Shown piece by piece: positions 1 to 12,945 of a stretch of 64,000 nucleotides of DNA. Below the pieces are notes generated by a model. That model did no database searches. It worked only from the letters and a program-made list of their open reading frames with translations, and was not told the origin of the DNA. This stretch comes from Deltaproteobacteria bacterium (GTDB lineage Bacteria; Myxococcota_A; Polyangia; Fen-1088): contig JANRKS010000023.1 of NCBI GenBank assembly GCA_033763315.1, positions 32,001-96,000 on the forward strand. Reading direction: 5' to 3'. The position numbers and the translations under genes are program-made. Each line of letters starts with the position of its first letter. The first letter of the stretch is position 1.

Positions 1-2
1 AA

Positions 3-1943
3 CGCGTCGATGCCGACAACGATCGGGTTGTGTTCAACATCGAAGAAGGGCCACGCATCTACGTGAAGCGTGTGTCATTCGATGGCAACCAGGCGATTTC
101 CGACGAACGTCTCGCCGACGTCGTGGGCGTCAAAGAATTCCCCTGGTACGGACACCTTGGTCTTGGTGGAGGCGGCTACGCATCATTGCAGCAGCTTGAG
201 AACGATGCCCTTCGCATTCGTGATCATTACACGGCTTCGGGGTTTGGCCCCACGCGGGTGGAAGTGCAAGTGGCGCCCAACGAGAATGATTTTCGTCCGC
301 TCGAAGACCTTGAGTCAGAACGCGACGCCGACGTGTGGCAGGCCACCGACAAGCTGTTTGTGCGCTTTGTGGTCACCGAAGGTCCGCTGCTCACGGTGAC
401 CAAGGTTTCTTTCCGCACAAGCGACGGCAAGCCGTTGCCGTTATCGCAAGAAGTCCTGGCCAAGTCGATCCTCACGCGAGCCGGCGAGCCCTACGTCCCA
501 AGCCGGATGGACAGTGACGAACGTTCGCTTGAGCGTCTGCTTCGCGACCGCGGGTACCCATACGGCACCGCGGTGTCCGAGGTGGAAGAGAACGGCAACG
601 GACGTTCCGTGGAATGGTTCTTGGCGCCCGGCAAGCCCGCCACCGTCGGTCCCATATTCATTCGCGGTAACTTCCTCACCAAAGAGAGCACAATTTTGCA
701 GTGGGTGACCGCCAGGCCCGGTGACAAGCTCACCACTCGTTCGCTTGAACGTGGCCAACGCAACCTGGCGCTTCTGCAGTATTTCACGAACGCCAGCCCC
801 CTCGCCTTTCCCGGCATCGAGGCCGGCCTGCATACGGTGCCGCTGCTGATTCAAGTGCAAGAGCGCCACGATCACTATGGCGTCGTGCGCTTCGGCTTGG
901 GTGGCGCCACAGATCAAAAGGCTCCTGACGCCACCTTCCCCTTGGGCTTCTATTTTTCCGGCGGTTATGAACACGGCAACCTTTTGGGTCGCGGGTATTC
1001 GTTGCGCGCCACGGGCCGCTGGGGCCAAAACTTGCGCAGCATCTCTTCGGATTTTCTTAACCCCCGCGTGGCCGGTACGATGTTCCGCCTCGCTCTGAAC
1101 GCCAGCTATCTCGCGCGCAAAACCGAGCGGTTGGGCGACACCCGGGTTGGCACCGCCACCATCGCGCTGCTGCGACAGCTTTTCCCGGGCTTTGATTCTT
1201 TCGTGCGATATCAGATCCGCGACAGCAGCGGCACCGAGTTTCTGGTCCGTGGTGGCGGCGCTGACGAAGGGCAACAAACGGCGCGCATCGGCGCGTTGGT
1301 GGGCGCCGCGGGCATCGGCTTCGATTGGGTTCAGCTGGACAACCGCCTGGCGCCTCGCCAGGGCTTTAAACTTGATGGCTACATCGAACTCGCCACGCCC
1401 GCGTTGTCGTTCGATTATGGCGAGAACACGTTCGTGAAATTCCAGCTGCAGTCGCTCAACGTGGTGCCGCTGTCGCGCCGTTGGTCGTTGCGACACACCA
1501 TGCGCTACGCACAGGGGGTGCCGCTCGACGGCTCAACGTTGTTGCCAAAAACGGAGCGGTTCTCAGCCGGTGGCGACACAACTTTACGCGGCTATCAATT
1601 CGAGCGCGCCCGCACCGAGGTGCGTGAGTACCCGTTGGCCAATGGTCTCAACCTCGTCCAGTTCTTCCCCTTGGGCGGCAACCTGCGCATCTTGAGCAAT
1701 CTGGATCTGCAGGCCCAAGTCAGCGGCCCATTCTACGCGGGCGTGTTTTTGGATTCAGGCATCGTGGAGGATTCGTTGGACGCCGTGCAAGCGCGCCGAT
1801 TCCGTCATGGTGCCGGTGTGGCACCGTTGGTGGTCAAGCTTCCGGTGGGCGATCTGAGCGTCTCTTGGGCCTGGCCTTTGGATCCCGGGCCGGGCGATAG
1901 CCGCCTCGGCCGGCTTCACTTCAACGTAGGCTTGATGTTCTGA
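3..1943 (+). CDS. BamA/TamA (Omp85) family outer-membrane protein, 5'-truncated by window edge
   Basis: POTRA-like repeats (FNIEEGPRIYVKRVSFDGN, FVVTEGP, IFIRGNFLTKE). Barrel motif ERFSAGGDTTLRGY and C-terminal HFNVGLMF. Frame is open back to position 3. Confidence 0.9.
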   Translation, partial: RVDADNDRVVFNIEEGPRIYVKRVSFDGNQAISDERLADVVGVKEFPWYGHLGLGGGGYASLQQLENDALRIRDHYTASGFGPTRVEVQVAPNENDFRPLEDLESERDADVWQATDKLFVRFVVTEGPLLTVTKVSFRTSDGKPLPLSQEVLAKSILTRAGEPYVPSRMDSDERSLERLLRDRGYPYGTAVSEVEENGNGRSVEWFLAPGKPATVGPIFIRGNFLTKESTILQWVTARPGDKLTTRSLERGQRNLALLQYFTNASPLAFPGIEAGLHTVPLLIQVQERHDHYGVVRFGLGGATDQKAPDATFPLGFYFSGGYEHGNLLGRGYSLRATGRWGQNLRSISSDFLNPRVAGTMFRLALNASYLARKTERLGDTRVGTATIALLRQLFPGFDSFVRYQIRDSSGTEFLVRGGGADEGQQTARIGALVGAAGIGFDWVQLDNRLAPRQGFKLDGYIELATPALSFDYGENTFVKFQLQSLNVVPLSRRWSLRHTMRYAQGVPLDGSTLLPKTERFSAGGDTTLRGYQFERARTEVREYPLANGLNLVQFFPLGGNLRILSNLDLQAQVSGPFYAGVFLDSGIVEDSLDAVQARRFRHGAGVAPLVVKLPVGDLSVSWAWPLDPGPGDSRLGRLHFNVGLMF

Positions 1944-1963
1944 ACGCCAGCCCAGCTGCCCGC

Positions 1964-2767
1964 TCACAGGGGCGCGATGTAAGCGATTTTCTGATGCTGG
2001 CGCTCGAACTCGCCTTTGGCTTTGGCCGCATCTTCGGAGGTGGCGAACTTGCCGACGCGCACGCGGAACCAACGGCCTTTGCCGGGGATGTCGGAGGTCA
2101 CCATATAGGGAGCGGCATCCGGGAATTGAGACATAAAAGCGTCCGCTTCTTCTTTGCTTTGAAAGGATCCCAGCTGCAAAGAGAACTTGGCCGGGGCGGC
2201 CGCAAGCTTTGCCTTCTCGGCTTTGCTTAGTTCGGGCTTTGTGCCCGGCTTTTTGGCATCCGCCTTCACGGCTGCGGCCTCGTCGGCTTTCACCGCGGTG
2301 GGGGCAACGGCCACTTTGGCCGGTTCAGGTGCCGGCTCAATCACTTTGGGTTTCTCGGCTGCTTTAGGCGCCACAGCGGGCTCGGGTGCCGCTTCTGCCT
2401 TCGGCGCGGGTGCCTCTGGGATGGGCTTGGCTTCGGCTTTGGCGAGCTTCTTCTCAGGTTTGGGCGTGGGGGCCTGAATCAGGGTTCGCGGAAAGGTTAT
2501 CGTCTCGTCAGCGTTGCCAGGCGTCGCTGCGATTCGATCCAACAGTGCCAAGGGATCTTCGATTTCGGGTGCCGCAGCCCGGCCACGCGATTCGAGCCGC
2601 TTGCCAACCACCACACCTAAAACGAACAGCAGACAAGCCACGAGGGCGCTGCCAAAGAACAAGAAGAATACCTGACGGTTATCGAGTCGGATCTCGATCT
2701 TGTCTTTCCAGCGCTCAACGTCGCGCAGGGTTCGGTCCTCCATCGCAGCGGATGCAGTGTAACGCAT
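1964..2767 (-). CDS. SPOR-domain cell-division protein (FtsN/DedD-like)
   Basis: N-terminal TM helix, Pro/Ala/Lys-rich linker, C-terminal SPOR domain (FSLQLGSFQSKEEA...WFRVRVGKF). Alternative start at 2743. Confidence 0.88.
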   Translation of the reverse strand: MRYTASAAMEDRTLRDVERWKDKIEIRLDNRQVFFLFFGSALVACLLFVLGVVVGKRLESRGRAAAPEIEDPLALLDRIAATPGNADETITFPRTLIQAPTPKPEKKLAKAEAKPIPEAPAPKAEAAPEPAVAPKAAEKPKVIEPAPEPAKVAVAPTAVKADEAAAVKADAKKPGTKPELSKAEKAKLAAAPAKFSLQLGSFQSKEEADAFMSQFPDAAPYMVTSDIPGKGRWFRVRVGKFATSEDAAKAKGEFERQHQKIAYIAPL

Positions 2768-2933
2768 TCTCCCTCCAGGTGCCCTAATCGTGCCAGCTCG
2801 TAACCATTCGCCTTTTGGCGAGCGCGAAGCAAGAAATCGCGCAGGGCGCGGTCATGCGTGAAGAGTCCCACATGCGCCTTACATGTAAGTAGTTCGTCCA
2901 CATGAGACGAATGTCAACTTTTTCGGTGGCCAG

Positions 2934-5900
2934 CTAGCGAATCTGGAAGGGACGCGCCGAAACGGAAACGTCGTATGCGGCCCGGCGGGTGTCGATCCGC
3001 AAGATCTGCCCGCGCTGGCTGCTGCCCAAAAGTCCGGCATCCACCATGTACACATAGGGAAAGACCGCGGGGCTCGCCTTGTCGTCGTCCTTGTTTGCAG
3101 GAACAAACGTGGGCCCCGTCAAGAACATCGCAGGCACCGCTATCTGGGGTTGGATGTTGGTCACGATCTGATCGGGGCGGAAGCCGCCTCGCACCGTGAA
3201 CTGCAAGGTGGCCCCATCGCCAAAGTTCTGTTCAAGGTTGGTGACGACGAAGCGCACTTCAGGGTTCTCAAACAACGCGTGAACGTGAAGTTGGCCTTTG
3301 ATGGCTGGATCCGTCAGCGCTGTTTCATCGAAGTTCGGCGCCACAAACAAACACGGGTTGCCTGCAACGCCTTCGGCTGCGGGGCTTTGACGCAGCAGCT
3401 GCGAGGTTAGCTTCACGCCCGGCGCCGGATCGGGAACGTTCGCGCAATGCGGGGCGGTCAAAGGAATGCGGTTGGCGAAGCGCGGGTTGCGGCTGGCGAG
3501 CGGCTGGCACAGGCCGTTGACGTCCACAGTGGTTGCAAAACTTGGCGTGAAGGTGCCGCGAACGAGGAATGACTTGCCGGCTTGAACCTCGTACGCGGTG
3601 GTTTCAGCCATGCACAACGGATCCGGCAACGGCGCTTCCACGCACAACCCCCGCGCGGGATCGCCGGCAGATTCACACACAAAACCCGCATCACAGTTCG
3701 CATCCACCATGCACGGCACCACGCAACGGGCCCCCTGCCCAGCCACGGGTTCCAGGCATTCGAATCGCGTGTTTCCTGCAGCGCAATCCTCGTTTTTGGT
3801 GCACGTGCTCACGGAAGGCCGCGGAAGCTCCTGCAGCTTCAACGCCAAGCCCAACTCCTTGGGTCCCGCATACGCCACTTCGTAACGACGACGGCTTTTG
3901 AGCAGGCGCTGGCACGCCACGCTTTGCCGAAACGCGGCTTCATCCGTCTTGCGCGTACACAAACCCGACACGCCGGCCACCGAGGGCACACACCTAAAAT
4001 CGTCTGGGTCGCCGCAATCCGCATCCACGCCGCAGCCGTCAAGGCGAATCACGTCGCCCGCTTGCACACCAGAGGCGCAGAACGCCGCGCCCACGTCTTC
4101 CCAAACGCCAACCGTGTTTGGCATCGAGCGATTCGCCAGGCGCCCCGTCGCGCGGCCCGCACCGGGAAGCGTGCCCTCCCAAACGACGGCCCACGTTTGC
4201 GGCACCACCTCTTCGGGACGATCGAAACAGGCATAGACCACGCCCGGCAACTCCGGAGAGCAGTATTTGTCGCGCTCCGTGGCGCCCTCCGGCAAGGTGC
4301 TATAGCCCTCGACGCGCGGGATCAGATCGCGCGACAAGTTCGGCCTCAACGCGAACGGCAAATCGCTATTGCCAACGCTGGCCGTGGGAGGGTTCGTCAC
4401 GCGCGGGCGTTTTCCGCCCTTGTCGAGTTCCACAAACGAGAGCGCATTTCGCAGCGAGTGGCTAAACGGCAAAGCCGACGCCCCTGGTGTGAGCTCCACC
4501 TCTTGCTGCGTGAACACGTTCACAACCAAGATGTCGCTGTTAGAAAGCAGCACATAGGCATAGGCACCCTTGTAGGCGCTGCCGGTGCTATCGGCATTGG
4601 CAGCCGGCTTGGCCTCGAAGAAGGTGACATCCACTGCGTGCGGAGGCAGCAAATCAGGCCCTGCGGCCAGCGGCGGCACTTGAATTCCAGGTCCGCGGGC
4701 ACGCAGCGTGCGTGGCAGGCCTGAGCCCACCGGCACGCATCGGGGATCCAAGCCCCCGGTTGCCAAAGCCTTGGTGTCGATGTTGGCGTCACACTCAACC
4801 TCCAGCCCGCCTACCTCAGCCGGCGCAAGATTGATCACCCGCACCGATCCATCACCGACCACGGCATACAAGAACTTGCCTTGGCCACCACCAACGAAGG
4901 CTCTATCTGTGGGGGCGAAAGGCTGCACTGAGGCGCGCAAGCGAAACACGCCCGCTGGTTGTTCGGCCAAACGCAGCGGCGCCCGGGCCTGCACGAGTCG
5001 GCCGTCATTTGTGGCCCTGACCGGGAGCACGGTGTCGGCGTCGCGGGCGCCAAGGTATAAAGTTTGACCGCCCTCCGGCGTGGCGTCTGCCACGTAGGGC
5101 AAGAATGTGAGGGCCTCAACGGCCAGACGCCCCATGGCAACCGCGCCCGCGTCTTCCTGGGGAAGGCCGGCATCGGGGACCACCGGGTTGGCCGCGACAT
5201 CAATCGCGCCGCAGTCCACGGGACACTGTGGGTTCGTGCCGGCCGGTTCCAGACCACTGGCTTTCACATAAGCGCTGTTGATCAACCGACCCGAGGGAAA
5301 CTCAACCAGACCGACGAGGCCGCACGAGGGAAAAGTGATCACAGCGCGCCATGGCTTCACAGCGCCATCCGCACCCACGCTACCCGTCAGCTGGCACGAC
5401 TTGGTGGCTGCGGCTGACGTGGGGCCAGGCAAAAAGGCAATCTCACCAGGACGGCTGCGCAAGGGGCCACCATCGGTGAGGACAGCAAGCCGTGTGCTGA
5501 CCGAACCGGGGCCCGTCACGGCGTTGGCGTTGTTAAAGACGCCGGCAAACAGTCGGCTGTTATCGACCAAACTCACATCACACGAGCCGCGGTTTGCGGT
5601 CACCGTCTTACAGCCATCAGGACTCACGGACAAAGCCTCGGGCAATTGCCCCACGGGCAACATGTTGTAGCCCGGCACCGCTGGATCAAGGTCCACCATG
5701 CGGTTGCGGTCAAAGTCCACCGCCCCTAATTCCCCTCGCGCAGAATTCGCAATCACACCCATCAGCCCCATCGTGCGGGCCTCCGAAGTGGCGTCGCGCG
5801 ATTCACCCGCCGGCAGCGGATCCGTGCACACACCCATCGTTGTGGCCGTCACCACAGGGCGGCCTCCCACGGTCGAAGCATGCATGCACACGAAAGAAAG

Positions 5901-6032
5901 GTCCGTGGGCCGCTCCAGCGTCCGGCTGGGAATCACCGCTGGCTCTTGACCGCAGTTGGCAAGCGCAACCAGGGCCGCTGCAGCGAACGCCGCCGCCTTC
6001 ACGGGAACACGAAGGAAATGGGGCCGGGTCAT
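2934..6032 (-). CDS. Large Cys-rich putative lipoprotein with beta-propeller-like N-terminal region
   Basis: Lipobox ALANC. YVTN-like blade (LPVGQLPEALSVSPDG...VTANRGS). Several CxxDxDC-type Cys clusters. ATGA overlap with the upstream gene. Confidence 0.75.
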   Translation of the reverse strand: MTRPHFLRVPVKAAAFAAAALVALANCGQEPAVIPSRTLERPTDLSFVCMHASTVGGRPVVTATTMGVCTDPLPAGESRDATSEARTMGLMGVIANSARGELGAVDFDRNRMVDLDPAVPGYNMLPVGQLPEALSVSPDGCKTVTANRGSCDVSLVDNSRLFAGVFNNANAVTGPGSVSTRLAVLTDGGPLRSRPGEIAFLPGPTSAAATKSCQLTGSVGADGAVKPWRAVITFPSCGLVGLVEFPSGRLINSAYVKASGLEPAGTNPQCPVDCGAIDVAANPVVPDAGLPQEDAGAVAMGRLAVEALTFLPYVADATPEGGQTLYLGARDADTVLPVRATNDGRLVQARAPLRLAEQPAGVFRLRASVQPFAPTDRAFVGGGQGKFLYAVVGDGSVRVINLAPAEVGGLEVECDANIDTKALATGGLDPRCVPVGSGLPRTLRARGPGIQVPPLAAGPDLLPPHAVDVTFFEAKPAANADSTGSAYKGAYAYVLLSNSDILVVNVFTQQEVELTPGASALPFSHSLRNALSFVELDKGGKRPRVTNPPTASVGNSDLPFALRPNLSRDLIPRVEGYSTLPEGATERDKYCSPELPGVVYACFDRPEEVVPQTWAVVWEGTLPGAGRATGRLANRSMPNTVGVWEDVGAAFCASGVQAGDVIRLDGCGVDADCGDPDDFRCVPSVAGVSGLCTRKTDEAAFRQSVACQRLLKSRRRYEVAYAGPKELGLALKLQELPRPSVSTCTKNEDCAAGNTRFECLEPVAGQGARCVVPCMVDANCDAGFVCESAGDPARGLCVEAPLPDPLCMAETTAYEVQAGKSFLVRGTFTPSFATTVDVNGLCQPLASRNPRFANRIPLTAPHCANVPDPAPGVKLTSQLLRQSPAAEGVAGNPCLFVAPNFDETALTDPAIKGQLHVHALFENPEVRFVVTNLEQNFGDGATLQFTVRGGFRPDQIVTNIQPQIAVPAMFLTGPTFVPANKDDDKASPAVFPYVYMVDAGLLGSSQRGQILRIDTRRAAYDVSVSARPFQIR

Positions 6033-7471
6033 AGTTGAGCGCTCGTGCGAGGAAAGCCAATTCGTTGAATCACGCGGGCTTCGGTGGGGCTATTGACCCG
6101 CAAGTCAACCACCGACACGTTGTTGTCCACAAAGCCCGTGACGTAGGCGAGCGAAGGGTCGTTGTCGTCGAAGACCAACATTGACGGGCCGCGGCCCACG
6201 TCGATGTTCTCGGTGACGACCATCAGCTCAGGATCGACCACATAGATCTGGCCGGAATCAAAACATGTGACGAACAAACGCGGTCCACGTCCGTAATCGT
6301 GCAACAACAGTTGCGATGGGCCGGCACAGACGTCGATGGATTCGGCCGGCGCAAATTCGAGTCGGCCAACGTTGTTGGCAACCACCCGGGCTCGTGACAA
6401 GGCCGCCGGATTGCCTTGGGTGTTTCGGTAAAGGATGAACGCACGCTGGCGCTGAGGCTGATAGATGAGACCGCGGGTGTCGGCTCCCCGTGGCACGAAC
6501 GCCGTGGCCGCTGAAGGCGCCGCAGCCACCAAGGTGAGGTCTCGCGGGGCGGTCACGGAACAAGCCCCGGGCAAATTGGCGCCTTCGCGGAAGTAAAGCA
6601 CGCCGAGGTTCAGCCCTAACCGTGCCGTGGTGAAAACTGGCGACAACGGATCGCCTGGCACCGATGGTATGGCGGATGTGACACCAGAAGATTGGTTCGC
6701 CTCGTACGGAAAAAACAGCACGCCGGCCAGCCGGGGCGCGATGTTCACTTCGGCACCACAGGTATCCAACACCGAAATGCCCCCTTGCAAGTGGCCCACG
6801 TAGATGACCCCCAAGCCGGCATCGAGATGCAAATCGAAAGGCTCCTCGGGCAGGTCGGTGTCGAGGCCTTGCACGGTCCCCTTCTCCACCCTGAACGCCC
6901 CATCGCATTGCGGGTTCTTGCGGGCCGAGCCCGGTCCGCCGATGGCGCCGTTGCACGTAAGTTTCGCCTTGCCAGCCACGTCTGTGGCGTCCACGAAAGT
7001 GACCGACGGATCGGCACGAACGCCGAAGAACAGACGTTCAACGCTCTCGCCGTTGCGCACAAATCGTTGCACCACCGGCGCCGCGCCAAAACTGCCAATG
7101 CGCACGGTGGCCTCAGCTTCTGCGTAAGGCCTGTCGTCGCAGCTCAAAACGCGCGGATCCAGAAGATCGCGACAGCAAAAACGTTGTGTGGAAACTTTGG
7201 GTCGATAATCAACCGAGGGGCACAGCTGCCATTTCGCCGGATCGCGATCTTCGGTGGCCGCCTGCAGGTTGAAAGGCACCACGGTTCCCGTGCTGTAGCG
7301 GAGATCCGAATTCGAGTTCACCACCAGCAGGCGTTTGCCTTGGGCCACAACCGCGGCTCCTGAAGGCAAGAAGATGCGGTTCAGGGGGGCTTCCACACCA
7401 CTTTTGCCCCCGCCAAAATCGCAGGCAGCCAACGCCAACAAAGACAACAGCGTTGCCCGTTTGAAAGGCAT
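6029..7471 (-). CDS. YncE/YVTN-like beta-propeller lipoprotein
   Basis: Lipobox LAAC. Blades LLVVNSNSD, IDVGRGPSMLVF, AYVTGFVDNNVSVVDL. Alternative GTG start at 7513. Confidence 0.8.
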   Translation of the reverse strand: MPFKRATLLSLLALAACDFGGGKSGVEAPLNRIFLPSGAAVVAQGKRLLVVNSNSDLRYSTGTVVPFNLQAATEDRDPAKWQLCPSVDYRPKVSTQRFCCRDLLDPRVLSCDDRPYAEAEATVRIGSFGAAPVVQRFVRNGESVERLFFGVRADPSVTFVDATDVAGKAKLTCNGAIGGPGSARKNPQCDGAFRVEKGTVQGLDTDLPEEPFDLHLDAGLGVIYVGHLQGGISVLDTCGAEVNIAPRLAGVLFFPYEANQSSGVTSAIPSVPGDPLSPVFTTARLGLNLGVLYFREGANLPGACSVTAPRDLTLVAAAPSAATAFVPRGADTRGLIYQPQRQRAFILYRNTQGNPAALSRARVVANNVGRLEFAPAESIDVCAGPSQLLLHDYGRGPRLFVTCFDSGQIYVVDPELMVVTENIDVGRGPSMLVFDDNDPSLAYVTGFVDNNVSVVDLRVNSPTEARVIQRIGFPRTSAQL

Positions 7472-7612
7472 GGCGCTTGGGCGCGCAGTGCCCGCCGGGG
7501 CCAAGGCCGTCACGAATCGCCCCTTAATCTGGAAAGGCTCCCGCGAAGGTGGCGCGCCGTTCGTGTCGGTCCCTGTAAATGCATGGCGGCTCTAACAATC
7601 ACTCTATGTATG

Positions 7613-7641
7613 AAAACAAAAGCGGCCGAAGCCGCCTTGTT
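7613..7641 (-). terminator. Rho-independent terminator downstream of ppdK
   Basis: Minus strand GGCGGC-TTCG-GCCGCT followed by TTTGTTTT. Confidence 0.8.
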
Positions 7642-7650
7642 GGAGAACCC

Positions 7651-7682
7651 CAAGATGAGGCGGAATATTCCGTCTCATCTTG
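7651..7682. repeat. 32-bp near-perfect palindrome
   Basis: CAAGATGAGGCGGAAT|ATTCCGTCTCATCTTG, one mismatch. Confidence 0.9.
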
Positions 7683-7728
7683 AGTTATAGGGTACGGAGC
7701 AAGAGCTTGCGCCCCTGCCCCGTGCTTC

Positions 7729-10749
<3,021 letters not shown>

Positions 10750-10866
10750 CGCGCGCGCATTCTTATCAGGACAGGGCCGCGAAGAAAAGCGGAACGGTGT
10801 AGGAACGTTCGTCTTTTCTTCGTCTTTCTTTGCGGCCCTGCGCCCGCGAGCACACGCAAGTGGCAA

Positions 10867-12495
10867 TCAGCGCATGCGCGACAACAGCGAGAACGCGAGG
10901 TTTGCCACAGGAACGCGCTCTTGCTGCATTGTGTCGCGATCGCGAATTGTGACCGTTTGGTCTGTCAGGGACTGGTGATCAACGGTCAAACACCAAGGGG
11001 TGCCGATCTCGTCTTGCCGTCGGTAAAGCTTGCCGATGGCGCCGGTGTCGTCGTAGATCGCGCGCAAACCTGCGCCCTGCAGATCCTTGCGTAGGCCGCG
11101 GGCCATATCCACAAGTTCTGGCTTGTTCTTAAGCAAAGGGAACACGGCCACGGACACAGGCGCGAGGCGGGGGTGCAAATGCAGCACCGTGCGTGCGTAT
11201 TCTTCACCCACCTTCGTGATCTGGCCCTTGAGCTTCTTCATGACCTCGATGCTTTGGGCATCGGCGTCACCGGCAAGACCCGTAAGCGCCGCAAAGTTGC
11301 TGACCACGTCCGAAGCGACATCATTGGCCTGCGCCACCAAACGGTCGCGAATGGCGCTGTCCATCTTGTCGCGCTTGGCAACGGACTTGGCAAAACTTTC
11401 CACGCCTGATTTCAATTGCTCGATCGCCTCGGGCGGCAACTGTTTAACCAACGCCTCTTCGTAAGCGTCACACAAGAACGCCAACGTGGCGCGATCGGCA
11501 CCTGCCGAGGGCTCGATGACATAGGGCACGATGTGTTGCTTGGATTCGGGATCGAAATAGGTCAGCTCGCCCAAAGCGTCGGGGTTCTTATCGGACCGAC
11601 TGTGCGCCTTCAGATCGTAGTCTGTGCGGTTGGCAATGCCTTCCAACTCGCTCCAGCCCATGGGAAAGCGGTATTCGAGATCCACGCAGCCCTTGGCATA
11701 GTGGGCCAGCTCGTCGCGCCCCTGCTCTCTTGCCCGCAAGCGATCACGCGAAAGTCCCAGCTTCAGGTACCAGCTCTGGCGCTCTTCGATCCACATGCGG
11801 AACGCGGCCTCGTCCTCGCCGGGGCGCACGAAGTATTCGATCTCCATTTGCTCGAATTCGCGCGTGCGGAAGGTGAAGTTGCCGGGCGTGATTTCGTTGC
11901 GGAACGCTTTGCCCACCTGAGCCACGCCAAACGGCAACTTGCGGCGCATGGTGTCCATGACGTTGCCGAAGTTCACGAAGATGCCTTGCGCTGTCTCGGG
12001 GCGCAGATACGCGAGGCCACTCTCGTCATCAGCCGCAGCGCCCACGGTGGTGCGAAACATCAAGTTGAACGGACGTGCCGTTGTGAGATCCTTGCCGCCA
12101 CACTTCGGGCACGCCAGTTCCTTCGCCTCGATGGCCGCGTTGATCTCGGGCAGACCATTTGGGATGCGCCCCTTCGCGGTTTCGAACAAGTGATCTGCAC
12201 GCGGGCGCGCCTTGCAGGTGCGGCAATCCGTCATCGGATCGGAAAACGTGGCCTCGTGGCCCGAATACTTCCAAACCAGGCGATTCATCAAGATCGCGGC
12301 GTCCAAGCCTTCCATGTCATCGCGGTCATGAACCACGGCTTTCCACCAAGCGCGCTTGACGTTGTTCTTCAATTCCACGCCCAAAGGACCGTAGTCCCAC
12401 GTGCTGGCGAGACCGCCATAAACGGAGGACGACGGGAAAACGAACCCGCGGCGCTTGGCAAGGCTGACGATTTGATCTAGGGATGCGGCAGACAT
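10867..12495 (-). CDS. glyQS: Glycine--tRNA ligase, homodimeric (alpha2) type
   Basis: DYGPLGVELKNN, YLRPETAQGIF, FRNEITPGNFTFRTREFEQMEIE, ELEGIANRTD, IGKLYRRQDEIGTP. Confidence 0.96.
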   Translation of the reverse strand: MSAASLDQIVSLAKRRGFVFPSSSVYGGLASTWDYGPLGVELKNNVKRAWWKAVVHDRDDMEGLDAAILMNRLVWKYSGHEATFSDPMTDCRTCKARPRADHLFETAKGRIPNGLPEINAAIEAKELACPKCGGKDLTTARPFNLMFRTTVGAAADDESGLAYLRPETAQGIFVNFGNVMDTMRRKLPFGVAQVGKAFRNEITPGNFTFRTREFEQMEIEYFVRPGEDEAAFRMWIEERQSWYLKLGLSRDRLRAREQGRDELAHYAKGCVDLEYRFPMGWSELEGIANRTDYDLKAHSRSDKNPDALGELTYFDPESKQHIVPYVIEPSAGADRATLAFLCDAYEEALVKQLPPEAIEQLKSGVESFAKSVAKRDKMDSAIRDRLVAQANDVASDVVSNFAALTGLAGDADAQSIEVMKKLKGQITKVGEEYARTVLHLHPRLAPVSVAVFPLLKNKPELVDMARGLRKDLQGAGLRAIYDDTGAIGKLYRRQDEIGTPWCLTVDHQSLTDQTVTIRDRDTMQQERVPVANLAFSLLSRMR

Positions 12496-12549
12496 GGGCC
12501 GCGCAATTTAGCACGTTCCCTGCGCGCCGCTGCTCGGGGCTTACGCTTG

Positions 12550-12945
12550 TTATGGTGACGAAATCGGCGCGTGGTGGATGATCTGCACGAGCGCCCCACC
12601 CGGCTCGCGAAAGTAAAACGACCGCGCGCCGTCACGGTGGGTGCGCGGCTCAGTCTGCAAAGCGATGCCGTGGCCACGCAGGCGTTCGGCCCACGCATCC
12701 ACATCACCCGGCGCCGGAACCGCGAGTCCCACATGGTCAAGCCGTTCCAGGCCCTTGTCGACGGCGCGTCGATGCAACGCCAAGTTGTCGCGCCCGCAGG
12801 TCAGATACACGTTGTCGGCATCAGGGCGCCATTCCACCGCGTAGCCCATGATGTCGACCCAAAACCGCTCGGCGGCGTCGAGTTCGGGTGTGAACAGGGC
12901 CACGTGGCGAATGCCAAGCAAGGGGGGGCGTGATGCGGTGGTCAT
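12550..12945 (-). CDS. VOC (glyoxalase/bleomycin resistance) family protein
   Basis: GIRHVAL...LDHVGLAV...HRDGARSFYFREPGG. ATG at 12945 overlaps the recO stop (ATGA). Confidence 0.88.
   Translation of the reverse strand: MTTASRPPLLGIRHVALFTPELDAAERFWVDIMGYAVEWRPDADNVYLTCGRDNLALHRRAVDKGLERLDHVGLAVPAPGDVDAWAERLRGHGIALQTEPRTHRDGARSFYFREPGGALVQIIHHAPISSP

Noticed and set aside
2617-2901. 94-aa minus-strand ORF upstream of the SPOR gene
   Set aside because: Overlaps the SPOR gene out of frame and has no motif; more likely promoter/leader DNA.
11194-11454. GlyRS insert as an intein
   Set aside because: No N-terminal Cys/Ser block and no terminal His-Asn.
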